Positions 18,606 through 28,048 of a DNA stretch of 56,789 nucleotides are shown here, piece by piece. How positions within the stretch are numbered: the first letter of the stretch is position 1; the number at the start of each line of letters is the position of its first letter. Source of the stretch: Eubacteriales bacterium (GTDB taxonomy: Bacteria; Bacillota; Clostridia; Oscillospirales; CAG-272); contig JAZSGE010000016.1 of NCBI GenBank assembly GCA_045532575.1, forward strand, positions 1 to 56,789. The letters run 5' to 3'. The position numbers and the translations under genes are program-made. Below the pieces are notes generated by a model, which was not told the DNA's origin, made no database searches, and saw nothing but the letters and a program-made list of their open reading frames with translations.

Positions 18606-19703
18606 ATGTACCTTTTGTCTATCGAAAGCTCCTGTGACGAAACGGCCGCCGCCGTCATCCGGGCCGAGGGCGACCGCCTGACCGTCCTTGCCGACATCAT
18701 TGCCTCGCAAGCCGACACTCACCGTCTCTATGGCGGTGTCGTGCCCGAGATCGCCTCGCGCGCCCACGCCGAGGTCATTTCCGAGATCACCTACCGCGCG
18801 CTGGCCGAGAGCGGCGTGCCCCTCTCCTCGATCGGCGCCGTCGCCGTCACCGACCATCCGGGGCTCATCGGTGCCCTCCTTGTCGGCGTGAACTTCGCGA
18901 AGGCTCTCGCCTTTGCCAACGGCATCCCCCTCGTCGCCGTCGACCATATCCGCGGCCATATCGCCGCCGCGTATTACGATAAGGAGCCGCCAAAGCCCCC
19001 CTTCCTCGCCTTTGTCGTCTCGGGCGGCCACACCGCCATCTATCATGTGCGCGACTATACCGATATCACCGTCATCGGCACGACCCGTGACGATGCGATG
19101 GGCGAGGCCTTCGACAAGGTGGGGCGCCTGCTTGACCTCCCCTACCCTGCGGGTGCCGGCTTTGACGCCTTGGCGACCGAGGGCTTCCTCCGCGCCGTGG
19201 GGGCCGCTCCCCTCCCGGGAGCCGACGGCGAGACCCCGGCCGTTGCGGCCGCCGCCGCACGCTTTCCTAAGACTGTGGCCTACAAGGACTTTTCTCTCCC
19301 CTCCCCCGCCCTCCTCGGCGACACGCTCGACTTCTCCTTCTCGGGGCCGAAGACGGCCGCCGTCAACCTCCTCCACCGCTTTGAGCAGAGCGGCCGCAGC
19401 TTTGACCGCGCCCTCTTTGCCGCCGCCTACACGCACACAGCGACCGAGGCGGCCGCGCGCAAGCTCCGCGAGGCGCTTGACCGCTACCCGGGGCTCCCCC
19501 TCGTGCTCGCGGGTGGTGTCGCCGCCAACTCGCACCTGCGTGCGCGCCTTACCTCTCTGTGCAGCGCCTGCGGCGTCCGCCTTGTGATCCCGCCCCGCTC
19601 GCTCTGTGGGGATAACGGCGCCATGATCGCCGCCGCCGGGTACTACGAATTCCTGGCAGGGCACCGCGCCGATGCCGATCTCAACGCCTCGGCGGCCGAC
19701 TGA
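18606..19703 (+). CDS. tsaD: tRNA N6-threonylcarbamoyladenosine synthesis protein TsaD
   Basis: IESSCDET, YGGVVPEIASRAH, HIRGH, VSGGHT, DDAMGEAFDK, GGVAAN and DNGAMIA. Confidence 0.95.
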   Translation: MYLLSIESSCDETAAAVIRAEGDRLTVLADIIASQADTHRLYGGVVPEIASRAHAEVISEITYRALAESGVPLSSIGAVAVTDHPGLIGALLVGVNFAKALAFANGIPLVAVDHIRGHIAAAYYDKEPPKPPFLAFVVSGGHTAIYHVRDYTDITVIGTTRDDAMGEAFDKVGRLLDLPYPAGAGFDALATEGFLRAVGAAPLPGADGETPAVAAAAARFPKTVAYKDFSLPSPALLGDTLDFSFSGPKTAAVNLLHRFEQSGRSFDRALFAAAYTHTATEAAARKLREALDRYPGLPLVLAGGVAANSHLRARLTSLCSACGVRLVIPPRSLCGDNGAMIAAAGYYEFLAGHRADADLNASAAD

Positions 19704-19767
19704 AGGACAAGTATTCTTTACTTTTGACAGAATAATACGCACTTCAACCGTCTTCGACAAGTTTCGT

Positions 19768-19797
19768 TGTGGAAAACTCGGTTGAAAATGTGCAAAA
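19768..19797 (-). promoter_or_regulatory. Two DnaA-box matches upstream of the dnaD-dnaC operon
   Basis: TTTTCCACA (19768-19776) and TTTTGCACA (19789-19797) on the - strand match TTWTNCACA. Confidence 0.55.
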
Positions 19798-19838
19798 CCT
19801 TTGACATTTCCCGAAATCACACAACGGATGTACGTGAC

Positions 19839-20828
19839 ATGGACAACAAGATCTATACCGTCAAGGGTGGCGAAGCACGCCCCCTCCCCTCGCTCCTCGG
19901 GAGCGAGGCCTTTGCCGAGGCCGGCGCCACCGACCTGCGCGTGCTCTTAGCGCTCAGCGAGCTGGCATCGGCCGATGCCTCCCGTCTTGCCGAGGTGCTC
20001 GGTCTCACGACTGCCGAGGTCGCGGCCTCGCTGGCCTTCTGGCGTGGGGCAGGGGCCGTCACCGCCGCCAAGGAGGGTGCCACACCTGCCCCGTCCGCCG
20101 CGCCCGCCCCTCGGGTGACCCGTACCCCCAAGCGCCGCCATGAGCTCACCTCGCTCGGCGGTGAGGAGATCGCCGCCCTTGTCAAGGAGCACGATCTTAC
20201 AGAGCTCGTCGATGCCGCCGAGCAGCAATGCGGGCGTCTTTTCAATCGCACCGAGCTTTCGATCCTTGTGGGGCTTTCCGAGGAATTGGGGCTTGACGGC
20301 GCCTACATCCTGACCCTGCTCGCCTACTGCGACAGCCTCGGCGATGAGAAGAAGCCGCTCCGCTACGCCGAGCGCGTGGCCTTCCGCCTTGTCGAGCACG
20401 GCATCGACACCATTGAGGCGCTCGAGGCCTACATCAAGGAGCAGGAGGCCCTTCACTCGGTCGAGGGGGGGCTCCGCCGTATGTTCGGCATCGGTACGCG
20501 CAAGCTCACCGAGCGCGAGGAGACCGCCTTCCTTCGTTGGACGCAGACCTACGCCTACGGCGAGGAGGTCATCGGCGCGGCCTACGATGTGACGGTCAAC
20601 GCCACGGGCAAGCCCTCGGTCGCCTATGCCGACAAGATCCTCGCCCATTGGCACGAAAAGGGTGTCCGCACCGCCGATGAGGCCGAGGCGCTTCTCGCCT
20701 CCGAGCGGAACGAAAAAAAGCCGCAACGCACCGCCACCCAAAAGAAGAAGGAGACCGCCTCGAGCTTTGATGTCGGCGACTTCTTCCGCCGTGCTGTTGA
20801 CCGCAGCTACAAATCCGGCAAAGACTGA
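19839..20828 (+). CDS. DnaD/DnaB domain replication protein
   Basis: Two DnaD-like repeats (LLAYC..PLRYAE; Y.DKIL.HWHEKGV.T); paired with a DnaC-like ATPase. Confidence 0.85.
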   Translation: MDNKIYTVKGGEARPLPSLLGSEAFAEAGATDLRVLLALSELASADASRLAEVLGLTTAEVAASLAFWRGAGAVTAAKEGATPAPSAAPAPRVTRTPKRRHELTSLGGEEIAALVKEHDLTELVDAAEQQCGRLFNRTELSILVGLSEELGLDGAYILTLLAYCDSLGDEKKPLRYAERVAFRLVEHGIDTIEALEAYIKEQEALHSVEGGLRRMFGIGTRKLTEREETAFLRWTQTYAYGEEVIGAAYDVTVNATGKPSVAYADKILAHWHEKGVRTADEAEALLASERNEKKPQRTATQKKKETASSFDVGDFFRRAVDRSYKSGKD

Positions 20829-20854
20829 CTTTTACCGAGCGAAAGGAATACGCT

Positions 20855-21820
20855 ATGGGCTACAATATTGAAAATTACCGCCGCGTCCGCACGATGCTGG
20901 AGGAGCGGCGCCTTGAGGCCGTCCGCACGGCCGATGCACGCATGAACGAGATCCACAGACGATCGCCCGAGATCGCCGAGATCGACCGCGCCCTCGCCAC
21001 CACGGGCATGCAGCTCTTTGGGGAGGCCACGCGCGGCGGCCCCGACCTTGCCGAGCGGATCGCCCGTGTCCGCGCCGAGCACGACACCCTCCGTGCCGCC
21101 CGTGCCGACCTGCTCGCATCGCTCGGGCTCCCGGCCGACTACACCGAGCCTGCCTACACCTGTCCGAGGTGCCACGACACCGGCTTTGTCAGCGCCGTGA
21201 TGTGCGACTGCATGAAGCGCGCCCTGATCACCGAGGGCATCCGCTCGTCGGGCCTTGGGGCGCTCATCGGCCGCCAGACCTTTGACAACTTCTCGCTGAA
21301 ATACTATAAGGACGATCCCACCGACTACGAGCGTGCGCGCTATGCCCTCGAAAGAGCCCGGGAATACGCCGAGACCTTCGGCCCCGATACCGGCAACCTG
21401 CTCCTGATGGGGCCGACGGGGCTTGGGAAGACCCATCTCTCGACCGCCATTGCCCGCACCGTCATCGAGCGCGGCTATGACGTTGTCTACGAAACGATGC
21501 AGAACGTCCTTTCGGACTTTGAATACGACCGCTTCAAGAGCGGCTACGGAGAGACGGCCTCGCGCGCCGAGCGCTACCTCGCCTGCGAGCTCCTGATCCT
21601 CGACGACCTCGGCACCGAGCAGACCAACAGCTTTGTGGTCTCCTCGCTCTACCATCTTCTGAATACCCGCCTGAATCACGGGCGCCGCACCGTCATCAAC
21701 ACCAACCTCGGGGGCGAGGAGCTGCGCGAGCGATACAGCGACCGCCTCACCAGCCGCCTGCTCGGCGAATACGAGATCCTGCTCTTTTCGGGCAACGACA
21801 TCCGTATGCAGAAGCTATGA
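20855..21820 (+). CDS. DnaC/DnaI-like helicase loader ATPase
   Basis: CPRCHDTG..CDC Zn site, GPTGLGKTHLS Walker A, LILDDLGTE and YSDRL.SRL. Confidence 0.9.
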   Translation: MGYNIENYRRVRTMLEERRLEAVRTADARMNEIHRRSPEIAEIDRALATTGMQLFGEATRGGPDLAERIARVRAEHDTLRAARADLLASLGLPADYTEPAYTCPRCHDTGFVSAVMCDCMKRALITEGIRSSGLGALIGRQTFDNFSLKYYKDDPTDYERARYALERAREYAETFGPDTGNLLLMGPTGLGKTHLSTAIARTVIERGYDVVYETMQNVLSDFEYDRFKSGYGETASRAERYLACELLILDDLGTEQTNSFVVSSLYHLLNTRLNHGRRTVINTNLGGEELRERYSDRLTSRLLGEYEILLFSGNDIRMQKL

Positions 21821-21825
21821 TCCTA

Positions 21826-21886
21826 TCATAACGTTTGCAAAGCAAACTCATAACGGCGAGCAAAAGCGAGCCTCATAACTCATACC
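21826..21886. repeat. TCATAAC heptamers separated by short hairpins
   Basis: TCATAAC at 21826, 21848 and 21873 (TCATACC at 21880); spacers GTTTGC-aaa-GCAAAC and GGCGAGC-aaaa-GCGAGCC. Confidence 0.75.
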
Positions 21887-21928
21887 TAAACCATAGCATT
21901 TGTGTCACAGATGCCGTGCGTATCAAGA

Positions 21929-21968
21929 AAAAAAGGACGAGGAATTGTAGCAATTCCTCGTCCTTTTC
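21929..21968 (+). terminator. Intrinsic terminator after the dnaC-like gene
   Basis: AAAAGGACGAGGAATTG-tag-CAATTCCTCGTCCTTTT. Confidence 0.8.
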
Positions 21969-22112
21969 CTGTCTTTAGGTGTTGTTCCATTGGATGCTGT
22001 TCTATCGCATGCACCCCTTCCGGGTGCTTCTTTTTTGTCGGACAAGACGGCAACTGCACCAAAGGACGTGCATATACATATATATGTAATAAACCGACAA
22101 GGAGGCTATTTC

Positions 22113-22928
22113 ATGAAGATCTGTGCTGTCGGAGGTGACGGGCGCATTCCCTTCGCCCTCGCCGCCCTGAAGCGCCGTGGGCACGAGGTCAGCCACACGG
22201 CGTACGATGCGCCCCTCTCGGCCGAGCTCCTCGGCGCGGGAGAGGCTGTCCTCCTCCCCTACCCCGCCACCCGTGACGGGCTGACGCTGAACGCCCCCAC
22301 CTCTCCCCTGCCGATCCCCCTCGGGGCCCTCGGCTCGATGCTCCCCGAGGGGGTCCCCGTGCTCGCCGGGCGTGTCACCGAGGCGCTCCGCGCGGTGATG
22401 GGAGACCACCCTCTCTATGACTACGAGAGGGAGGAGAGCTTTCTTTTGAAGAACGCCGCCATCACGGCCGAGGGGGCACTCTCGCTCATCATGCAGAGGC
22501 TCCCCTCCCCCCTTACCGACGTTCCCTGCCTTGTGCTCGGCTCGGGGCGCCTGGCCTCGGCCCTTGCCGACCTCCTTCTCGGTCTGCACGCCCCCCTGAC
22601 CGTTGCCGCCCGCAATGCCGCTGCCCGTCTCCCCGGAGGGCTCCGCCCCCTGCCGCTTGCCGCCCTCCCGGCCGAGCTTGCGCGCTTCGGCGTGATACTG
22701 AATACCGTTCCCGTTCCCCTCTTAACGCCAAGGCTCCTTTCCCGTGCCTCGGAGGGCACCCTTCTCCTTGAGCTCTCCGCGGTCCCCGGTGTCATCGAAA
22801 GCGAGGCCTGCCATGCGGCCGGCATCGAGCTTCTCACCGCCCCGGGGCTCCCCGGCCGCTATGCTCCCAAGGGGGCGGGGGAGGCCCTCGCCGAGGCGGT
22901 TGACACCATTCTCCGGAATTCACTATGA
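22113..22928 (+). CDS. spoVFA: Dipicolinate synthase subunit A
   Basis: GGD.R, N..ITAEGA, NTVP and APGLPG.YAP; directly upstream of spoVFB. Confidence 0.85.
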   Translation: MKICAVGGDGRIPFALAALKRRGHEVSHTAYDAPLSAELLGAGEAVLLPYPATRDGLTLNAPTSPLPIPLGALGSMLPEGVPVLAGRVTEALRAVMGDHPLYDYEREESFLLKNAAITAEGALSLIMQRLPSPLTDVPCLVLGSGRLASALADLLLGLHAPLTVAARNAAARLPGGLRPLPLAALPAELARFGVILNTVPVPLLTPRLLSRASEGTLLLELSAVPGVIESEACHAAGIELLTAPGLPGRYAPKGAGEALAEAVDTILRNSL

Positions 22929-22935
22929 GGTTCTT

Positions 22936-23499
22936 ATGATCGCATACGCTTTTTGCGGCTCCTTCTGCACCCTCTCGCACTCGCTGGCCGCCCTGCGCCG
23001 CCTGCGCGCCGACGGCTATGAGGACATTCTCCCCATCGTCAGCGAGGCGGTCGGTGAGACCGATACACGCTTTTGGCGTGCGGAGGAATTTTGCCGCACA
23101 GTCGAGGGGCTCTGCGGGCGGAGGATCATCCGCTCGATCGTTGAGGCCGAGCCCCTCGGCCCCAGCCTGCATGCCGATGCCCTCGTCATTGCCCCCTGCA
23201 CCGGCAACACCCTCGCCAAGATGGCACGCGCCATCACCGATACCACCGTCACGATGGCGGCCAAGGCGCACCTGCGCTCCGACCGCCCGACCCTGATCGC
23301 CCTCGCCTCGAATGACTCGCTCTCGGCAGGCCTCCAGAACATCGCGACCCTCCTTATGCGCAAGAACGTCTATTTCGTCCCGATGCGCCAGGATGACCCC
23401 GAGCGCAAGCCGCACTCGCTCGTCGCCGACTTCACCCAGATCTCGGAGGCCCTCGAGGATGCTCTGCACGGCCGCCAGCGCCGCCCACTCTTTCTGTAA
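22936..23499 (+). CDS. spoVFB: Dipicolinate synthase subunit B
   Basis: CGSFCT, DTRF, AEPLGP, APCTGNTLAK, AAKAHLR and QDDP..KP.SL. Confidence 0.93.
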   Translation: MIAYAFCGSFCTLSHSLAALRRLRADGYEDILPIVSEAVGETDTRFWRAEEFCRTVEGLCGRRIIRSIVEAEPLGPSLHADALVIAPCTGNTLAKMARAITDTTVTMAAKAHLRSDRPTLIALASNDSLSAGLQNIATLLMRKNVYFVPMRQDDPERKPHSLVADFTQISEALEDALHGRQRRPLFL

Positions 23500-23532
23500 G
23501 CAAAAAAGGAGGCACTGCCTCCTTTTTTGCTT
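23498..23532. terminator. Bidirectional terminator
   Basis: 17-bp arms with a 1-nt centre between convergent spoVFB and pgsA. Confidence 0.85.
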
Positions 23533-23544
23533 GTAAAGTTTCTT

Positions 23545-24153
23545 TTACTTGTTGGGGTCAATGAGCGGCATATAGGCGCGCATGTAGTCGATGCCCGAGC
23601 CGATGGTCGTGATCAGCATCGCCGCCATCGCCACATACGAGGGGATGGGCGGGAAGTCCGCCGGTGCCGCATAAAGGATAACGGGCTCAAAGAGGATGAG
23701 GAGGATCGCCACGCACTGCGTCACCGTCTTGATCTTCCCCCACCACGAGGCGGCCACGACCTTACCGGCCGAGGAGGCCACCACAAGGCGGAGCGAGGTG
23801 ACTGCCAGCTCACGGAGCATGATGATCGCCGCCACAAAGACGAAGATCCTCGCGATATCCGGGCGGGCAACGAGGATCGAGATCAGCGCACCGAAGACCA
23901 TGAACTTATCGGCCAGGGGGTCGATGAATTTACCGAAATCGGTGATGAGATTGTATTTGCGCGCGATCTTACCGTCAAGATGATCGGTATACGCCGTCAG
24001 CCCGAAGATGGCCGCCGGGATGGCCGCAAGGCCAAAGGTCTCCCAAAAGCCGGCGCCCTCGGGGATCTTCACAAAAATGACCGCCACCATAAACAGGGGC
24101 ACAAGCACAACGCGCACAAGCGACAGGGTATTCGGAAGGTTCAGCTTCTTCAT
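23545..24153 (-). CDS. pgsA: CDP-diacylglycerol--glycerol-3-phosphate 3-phosphatidyltransferase
   Basis: NLPN.L, TD.LDG.IAR..N..T.FGKF.DPLADK, RE..V and GK.KT. Confidence 0.93.
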   Translation of the reverse strand: MKKLNLPNTLSLVRVVLVPLFMVAVIFVKIPEGAGFWETFGLAAIPAAIFGLTAYTDHLDGKIARKYNLITDFGKFIDPLADKFMVFGALISILVARPDIARIFVFVAAIIMLRELAVTSLRLVVASSAGKVVAASWWGKIKTVTQCVAILLILFEPVILYAAPADFPPIPSYVAMAAMLITTIGSGIDYMRAYMPLIDPNK

Positions 24154-24162
24154 CGCACTACC

Positions 24163-25500
24163 TCATTTCTTTTTGGGAAGGATGGCACGGCCGAGGAGGT
24201 CGTAATCGAGTGCCTCCTCGATCTTCACACGGTAGAATTCACCGACCGCAAGGCGGCGCGGTGCCTGAAAATAGATCTTACCGTCAACGTCGGGCGCATC
24301 GGCCTCGCTGCGGCCGTAATGCGTCTCGGCCACGGGATCAAAGCCCTCGCAAAGCACCGTCAGGGTCTTGCCGATCTTGGCGGCGTTCTTCGCCTCGGCG
24401 ATCGGCAGCTGGGTCGCCATCACGGTGTCATACCGATCCTGCTTCTCCTGCTCGTCGATCTGATCGGGGAGGGTGGCCGCCGGGGTGTCCTCCTCCGGCG
24501 AATAGCAGAAGGCGCCAAAGCGGTCGAATTGCGCCTCCTTCACGAATTCGCAAAGCTCGGAGAACTCCTCGGGGGTCTCTCCGGGGAAGCCGACGATCAC
24601 CGTCGTGCGGAGCGTGATGTCGGGCACAGCGGCGCGCAGGCGTGCGATCGCCTCGCGGATGGTCGTGCTGTCACCGTGGCGGTTCATCGCCGAAAGGACA
24701 CGGTCCGAGATGTGCTGGATCGGGATGTCCATGTACTTGACAAGGCGGGGGTTCGTGCGGAGCTCGTCGATCAGGGCATCGGTGATCTTATCGGGATAGC
24801 AATAGAGCAGGCGGATCCAGGGAATGCTCGTCGCCTCGGTGATGGCACGCACAAGGTCGGCGAGGCGGTAGTCGCCGTAAAGATCGAGCCCGTAGCGCGT
24901 CGTATCCTGCGCGATCAGGCACAGCTCCTTGACCCCCAGCTCCTCGAGCCCCTGCGCCTCCTTGACGAGGTCCTCGATCGGGCGACTGCGAAAGCCGCCG
25001 CGAATGAGGGGGATGGCGCAATAGGTGCAGCGGTTGTCACACCCCTCGGCGATCTTCAGATACGCCATGTGCTCGGGCGTTGTCAGAACGCGGTCGCCGC
25101 CGAGCGGCGAGGTGTTCGGGTCGAGAAGGGCGGAAAAGCGCTCGCCGCGCTCGACCGCGCGGACGGCATCCACAATGCGGTCAAGACTGCCGACCCCCAC
25201 AATGGCATCCACCTCGGGGAGCTCACGGAGGACCTCCTCACGGTAGCGCTCGACCATACAGCCCGTGGCAATGATGCCGCGCAGGCTCTTGTGCTCCTTG
25301 AGCCAGGCAATGTCCAGAATGTTATCGATCGACTCCTGCTTGGCATCTCCGATGAAGCCGCAGGTATTCACGATCACAATATCCGCCTCGGTCTCCTCGG
25401 GGGTGATCTCGTAGCCCGCCGAGATGAGCTTGTGCAGCATCACCTCGGTATCCACGAGATTCTTCGAGCAGCCGAGCGAAACAAATCCGATCTTCGTCAT
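24163..25500 (-). CDS. rimO: Ribosomal protein S12 methylthiotransferase
   Basis: SLGCSKN.VD.E, YLKIAEGC...C.YC, LYCYP and TRAM with DAPDVDG. Confidence 0.95.
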   Translation of the reverse strand: MTKIGFVSLGCSKNLVDTEVMLHKLISAGYEITPEETEADIVIVNTCGFIGDAKQESIDNILDIAWLKEHKSLRGIIATGCMVERYREEVLRELPEVDAIVGVGSLDRIVDAVRAVERGERFSALLDPNTSPLGGDRVLTTPEHMAYLKIAEGCDNRCTYCAIPLIRGGFRSRPIEDLVKEAQGLEELGVKELCLIAQDTTRYGLDLYGDYRLADLVRAITEATSIPWIRLLYCYPDKITDALIDELRTNPRLVKYMDIPIQHISDRVLSAMNRHGDSTTIREAIARLRAAVPDITLRTTVIVGFPGETPEEFSELCEFVKEAQFDRFGAFCYSPEEDTPAATLPDQIDEQEKQDRYDTVMATQLPIAEAKNAAKIGKTLTVLCEGFDPVAETHYGRSEADAPDVDGKIYFQAPRRLAVGEFYRVKIEEALDYDLLGRAILPKKK

Positions 25501-25509
25501 GCTTTCTCC

Positions 25510-26283
25510 TTATGTATCGTCATCCAGTCCGAGCGCCGCGAGGATCCCCTGCCACAGGGAGGAAAGGAGGCCGCGCCGCTTCTTCTTTTCGGGTCTTGCC
25601 GTGCTTCCGGCGACCGTCCGCCGCATCTCGTCACGCGCCCGACGGTATTCCTCGTTCTTCTTGTCGGTACGGCAGGCGATCTCGACCTCGACCAGGGCAT
25701 CGTGCAAATGGCGACAGCCGAGGTGGGCCAGCCCCGCAAGATAATGCCACTCGGCGCTCCGCTCGGCCATCGCAACACGGGAAAGCTCGCCAAGGGCGGC
25801 CATATAGCTCTCCTCGTTGATCATCTCACGGACACGCCGATACCCAACAAAGGTGCGCGGTGCCTCCTGCCCGGCCTCCTCCCACACGCTCCGTGGGCGG
25901 TAGCGCGCCTCGGCGGCGGTACGCTCGGCCTCCTTGCGGCGGCGGCGCTCCTCGGCTCGCTCGGCACGTGACGGGCGCTCGTAATCGCTCTCCCTGTACT
26001 TGTAGTGCGGCTCCTCGGCTCTCCCGGTCGGCGCGCTCGGGCGATTTTGCGGTGGGGGCGGTGCCGCATACGCAGAGGGCCCGCGGATGCCGCGCTCGCG
26101 GTCGGCAAGGATCCGCTCGTAGGCCTCGTTGATCTCGCGCATCTTGCGGTTGGCAAGCTCGCCCTTCACGGGGTCATCGGCAAAATTATCGGGGTGATAC
26201 GCCTTCGCAAGGGCATGGTAGGCCTTCTTGATCTCGGCATCGGTCGCGGTATACGCCACGCCGAGCAGCTTATAAGGATCCAT
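25510..26283 (-). CDS. DnaJ (J-domain) protein with a C-terminal TPR-like region
   Basis: DPY..LGV, YHPD, EINEAYE.I; RSAEWHYL.G. Confidence 0.88.
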   Translation of the reverse strand: MDPYKLLGVAYTATDAEIKKAYHALAKAYHPDNFADDPVKGELANRKMREINEAYERILADRERGIRGPSAYAAPPPPQNRPSAPTGRAEEPHYKYRESDYERPSRAERAEERRRRKEAERTAAEARYRPRSVWEEAGQEAPRTFVGYRRVREMINEESYMAALGELSRVAMAERSAEWHYLAGLAHLGCRHLHDALVEVEIACRTDKKNEEYRRARDEMRRTVAGSTARPEKKKRRGLLSSLWQGILAALGLDDDT

Positions 26284-26459
26284 GCGCTCACCCCCTTTAT
26301 CCAATCTTCTTTCATTATATTCTATTTTTATGACAAAAGCAAGAGAAAAACTCGACTCTCGCGCGAAAGAGGGCGAAAAAGGCAAAAAGGCGCACCGCCC
26401 CTTGCATTTTTTGGGAAAGGGAGGTATAATAGCAGTGAAAAAAGAAAAAGGAGCCGCTT

Positions 26460-27014
26460 ATGACCTACGAAATGAAGCTGCCGGGCGTTGTGCGCCAGCT
26501 GCCCATCTGCCCTGTGAACGATACCCTCTCGATCGGTGCCTTCGTCCTCTTCGGCGACGTTGAGCTGACCGAAAAATGCGCCGAGGCGCTGGCCGCCATC
26601 GCACCGCCGCATGACGTCATGATCACCGCCGAGTCCAAGGGCATTCCCCTCATCTGCTCGATGGCGCGCCTCCTTGGCGAAAACCGCTATATCCTCGCCC
26701 GCAAGGGGCCGAAGCTCTATATGCGTGACGTGATCCGCTACGAGGTGCAGTCGATCACCACCGTCGCACGCCAGGCCCTCTACCTTGACGGGTACGATGC
26801 CGAGTATATGAAGGGCAAGCGCGTCCTGATCGTGGATGACGTCATCAGCACGGGCGAGTCGCTCGCCGCCCTCCGTGGCCTTGTCGAGAGCGCCGGCGGC
26901 ATCGTCGTCGGTCAGATGGCCGTCCTCGCCGAGGGCGATGCCATCGGGCGGGAGGATATCACCTACCTCGCCCCGCTCCCCCTCTTCCATCCCGACGGCA
27001 CCCCGATGGCATAA
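26460..27014 (+). CDS. Adenine/xanthine-type phosphoribosyltransferase
   Basis: AESKGIP, ARK and the PRPP motif VLIVDDVISTGES. Confidence 0.88.
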   Translation: MTYEMKLPGVVRQLPICPVNDTLSIGAFVLFGDVELTEKCAEALAAIAPPHDVMITAESKGIPLICSMARLLGENRYILARKGPKLYMRDVIRYEVQSITTVARQALYLDGYDAEYMKGKRVLIVDDVISTGESLAALRGLVESAGGIVVGQMAVLAEGDAIGREDITYLAPLPLFHPDGTPMA

Positions 27015-27046
27015 GAAACACGCCCCCAAGGGCGTTTTTCTTATGC

Positions 27047-27877
27047 TTATTTCTTTCTCTTGAATTCCTTCATTGCCGTCGTGCTGCCGCCGTCGCAGAG
27101 GATATCGACCCCGGCGAGGTAGCCGTTGCGCTCGTCGGCCACGGTCGCCAGCGCATACCCGAGCTCCTCGGGGCGGCCCATTCTCTTCTCGGCCGTCAGG
27201 GGGATCAGCATGCCGCCGTCCTCCTTCTCGAGGTTGCCCATGTCGGTGGCGATCAGCCCGGGGCTGAGCGAGACCACGCGGATGCCGCGCTCGCCAAGCT
27301 CAAAGGCGCACTTCTTGGCGTACCACACCACAAAATTCTTGGAAAGGGCGTAGGCAAAGCCCTTGCGCTGATACTCGCCCTTCGGCAGACTGCTCTTCTT
27401 GATGAGCTTCTTGAGGAAGAGGGCCTCATCGGTCTCGGCCAGCGCATAGACCTTCTTATTGATGAGGAAGGAGGGCAGGACGTAGGCCGAGTTCGAGGCC
27501 ACATCCACGATCACGCTCCCCGCCTCCATGACCTTGGCAAATTCCTGGTTGATGTACACGGTGCCAAGGGCGTTGATGCGCAGGATGCTCTCCTGCGTGC
27601 CCTTCATCGCCGGCGAGACCCCCGCCGAATTGATGACGTTCTTTACCGTACCGAGCGAGGCAGCAAAGGCCGCCAGCTCCTGCACGCTCTCGCGGCTCGA
27701 GGTATCGCACGCCTTGGCGTAGGCCGTAAAGCCCAGCGCCTTCAGCTGTTCGACCGCCCCCTCCAGCTTCGCGACCGTTCTCCCCGAGAGTACAATGATC
27801 TTATCCTTGGGCATCAGCTTGGCGGCCTCAAGACCCATACCGCTGCCGCCGCCCGTAATCACGCATACGTTTGCCAT
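27047..27877 (-). CDS. Short-chain dehydrogenase/reductase
   Basis: TGGGSGMG, NSAG, YALSK and SPG.I.T. Confidence 0.9.
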   Translation of the reverse strand: MANVCVITGGGSGMGLEAAKLMPKDKIIVLSGRTVAKLEGAVEQLKALGFTAYAKACDTSSRESVQELAAFAASLGTVKNVINSAGVSPAMKGTQESILRINALGTVYINQEFAKVMEAGSVIVDVASNSAYVLPSFLINKKVYALAETDEALFLKKLIKKSSLPKGEYQRKGFAYALSKNFVVWYAKKCAFELGERGIRVVSLSPGLIATDMGNLEKEDGGMLIPLTAEKRMGRPEELGYALATVADERNGYLAGVDILCDGGSTTAMKEFKRKK

Positions 27878-28048
27878 ATCCTTCTCCTTTTGTTTTTTTC
27901 TATATTATAACGGAAATCCGTCCGCCTGTCAACCGTTGCCGGAAAAAGAACCGGGCGCCGTCCCTCTCTTCCCAAAAGTCGCGCCGCCCCCTTGACATTA
28001 CGGCGTTTTTCGGTATAATAGAACTATCAAATATAAAGGAGACTACAC

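Noticed and set aside
19839-21820. Prophage replication module or IS21 IstB
   Set aside because: No integrase, IstA or phage genes; matches the chromosomal clostridial DnaD/DnaC pair in housekeeping context
22050-22090. Sigma-K promoter for spoVFA
   Set aside because: CATA words are present but I could not fit the consensus -10 and spacing
23527-25971. 814-aa + strand ORF
   Set aside because: Antisense to pgsA-rimO-dnaJ, with no recognisable domain
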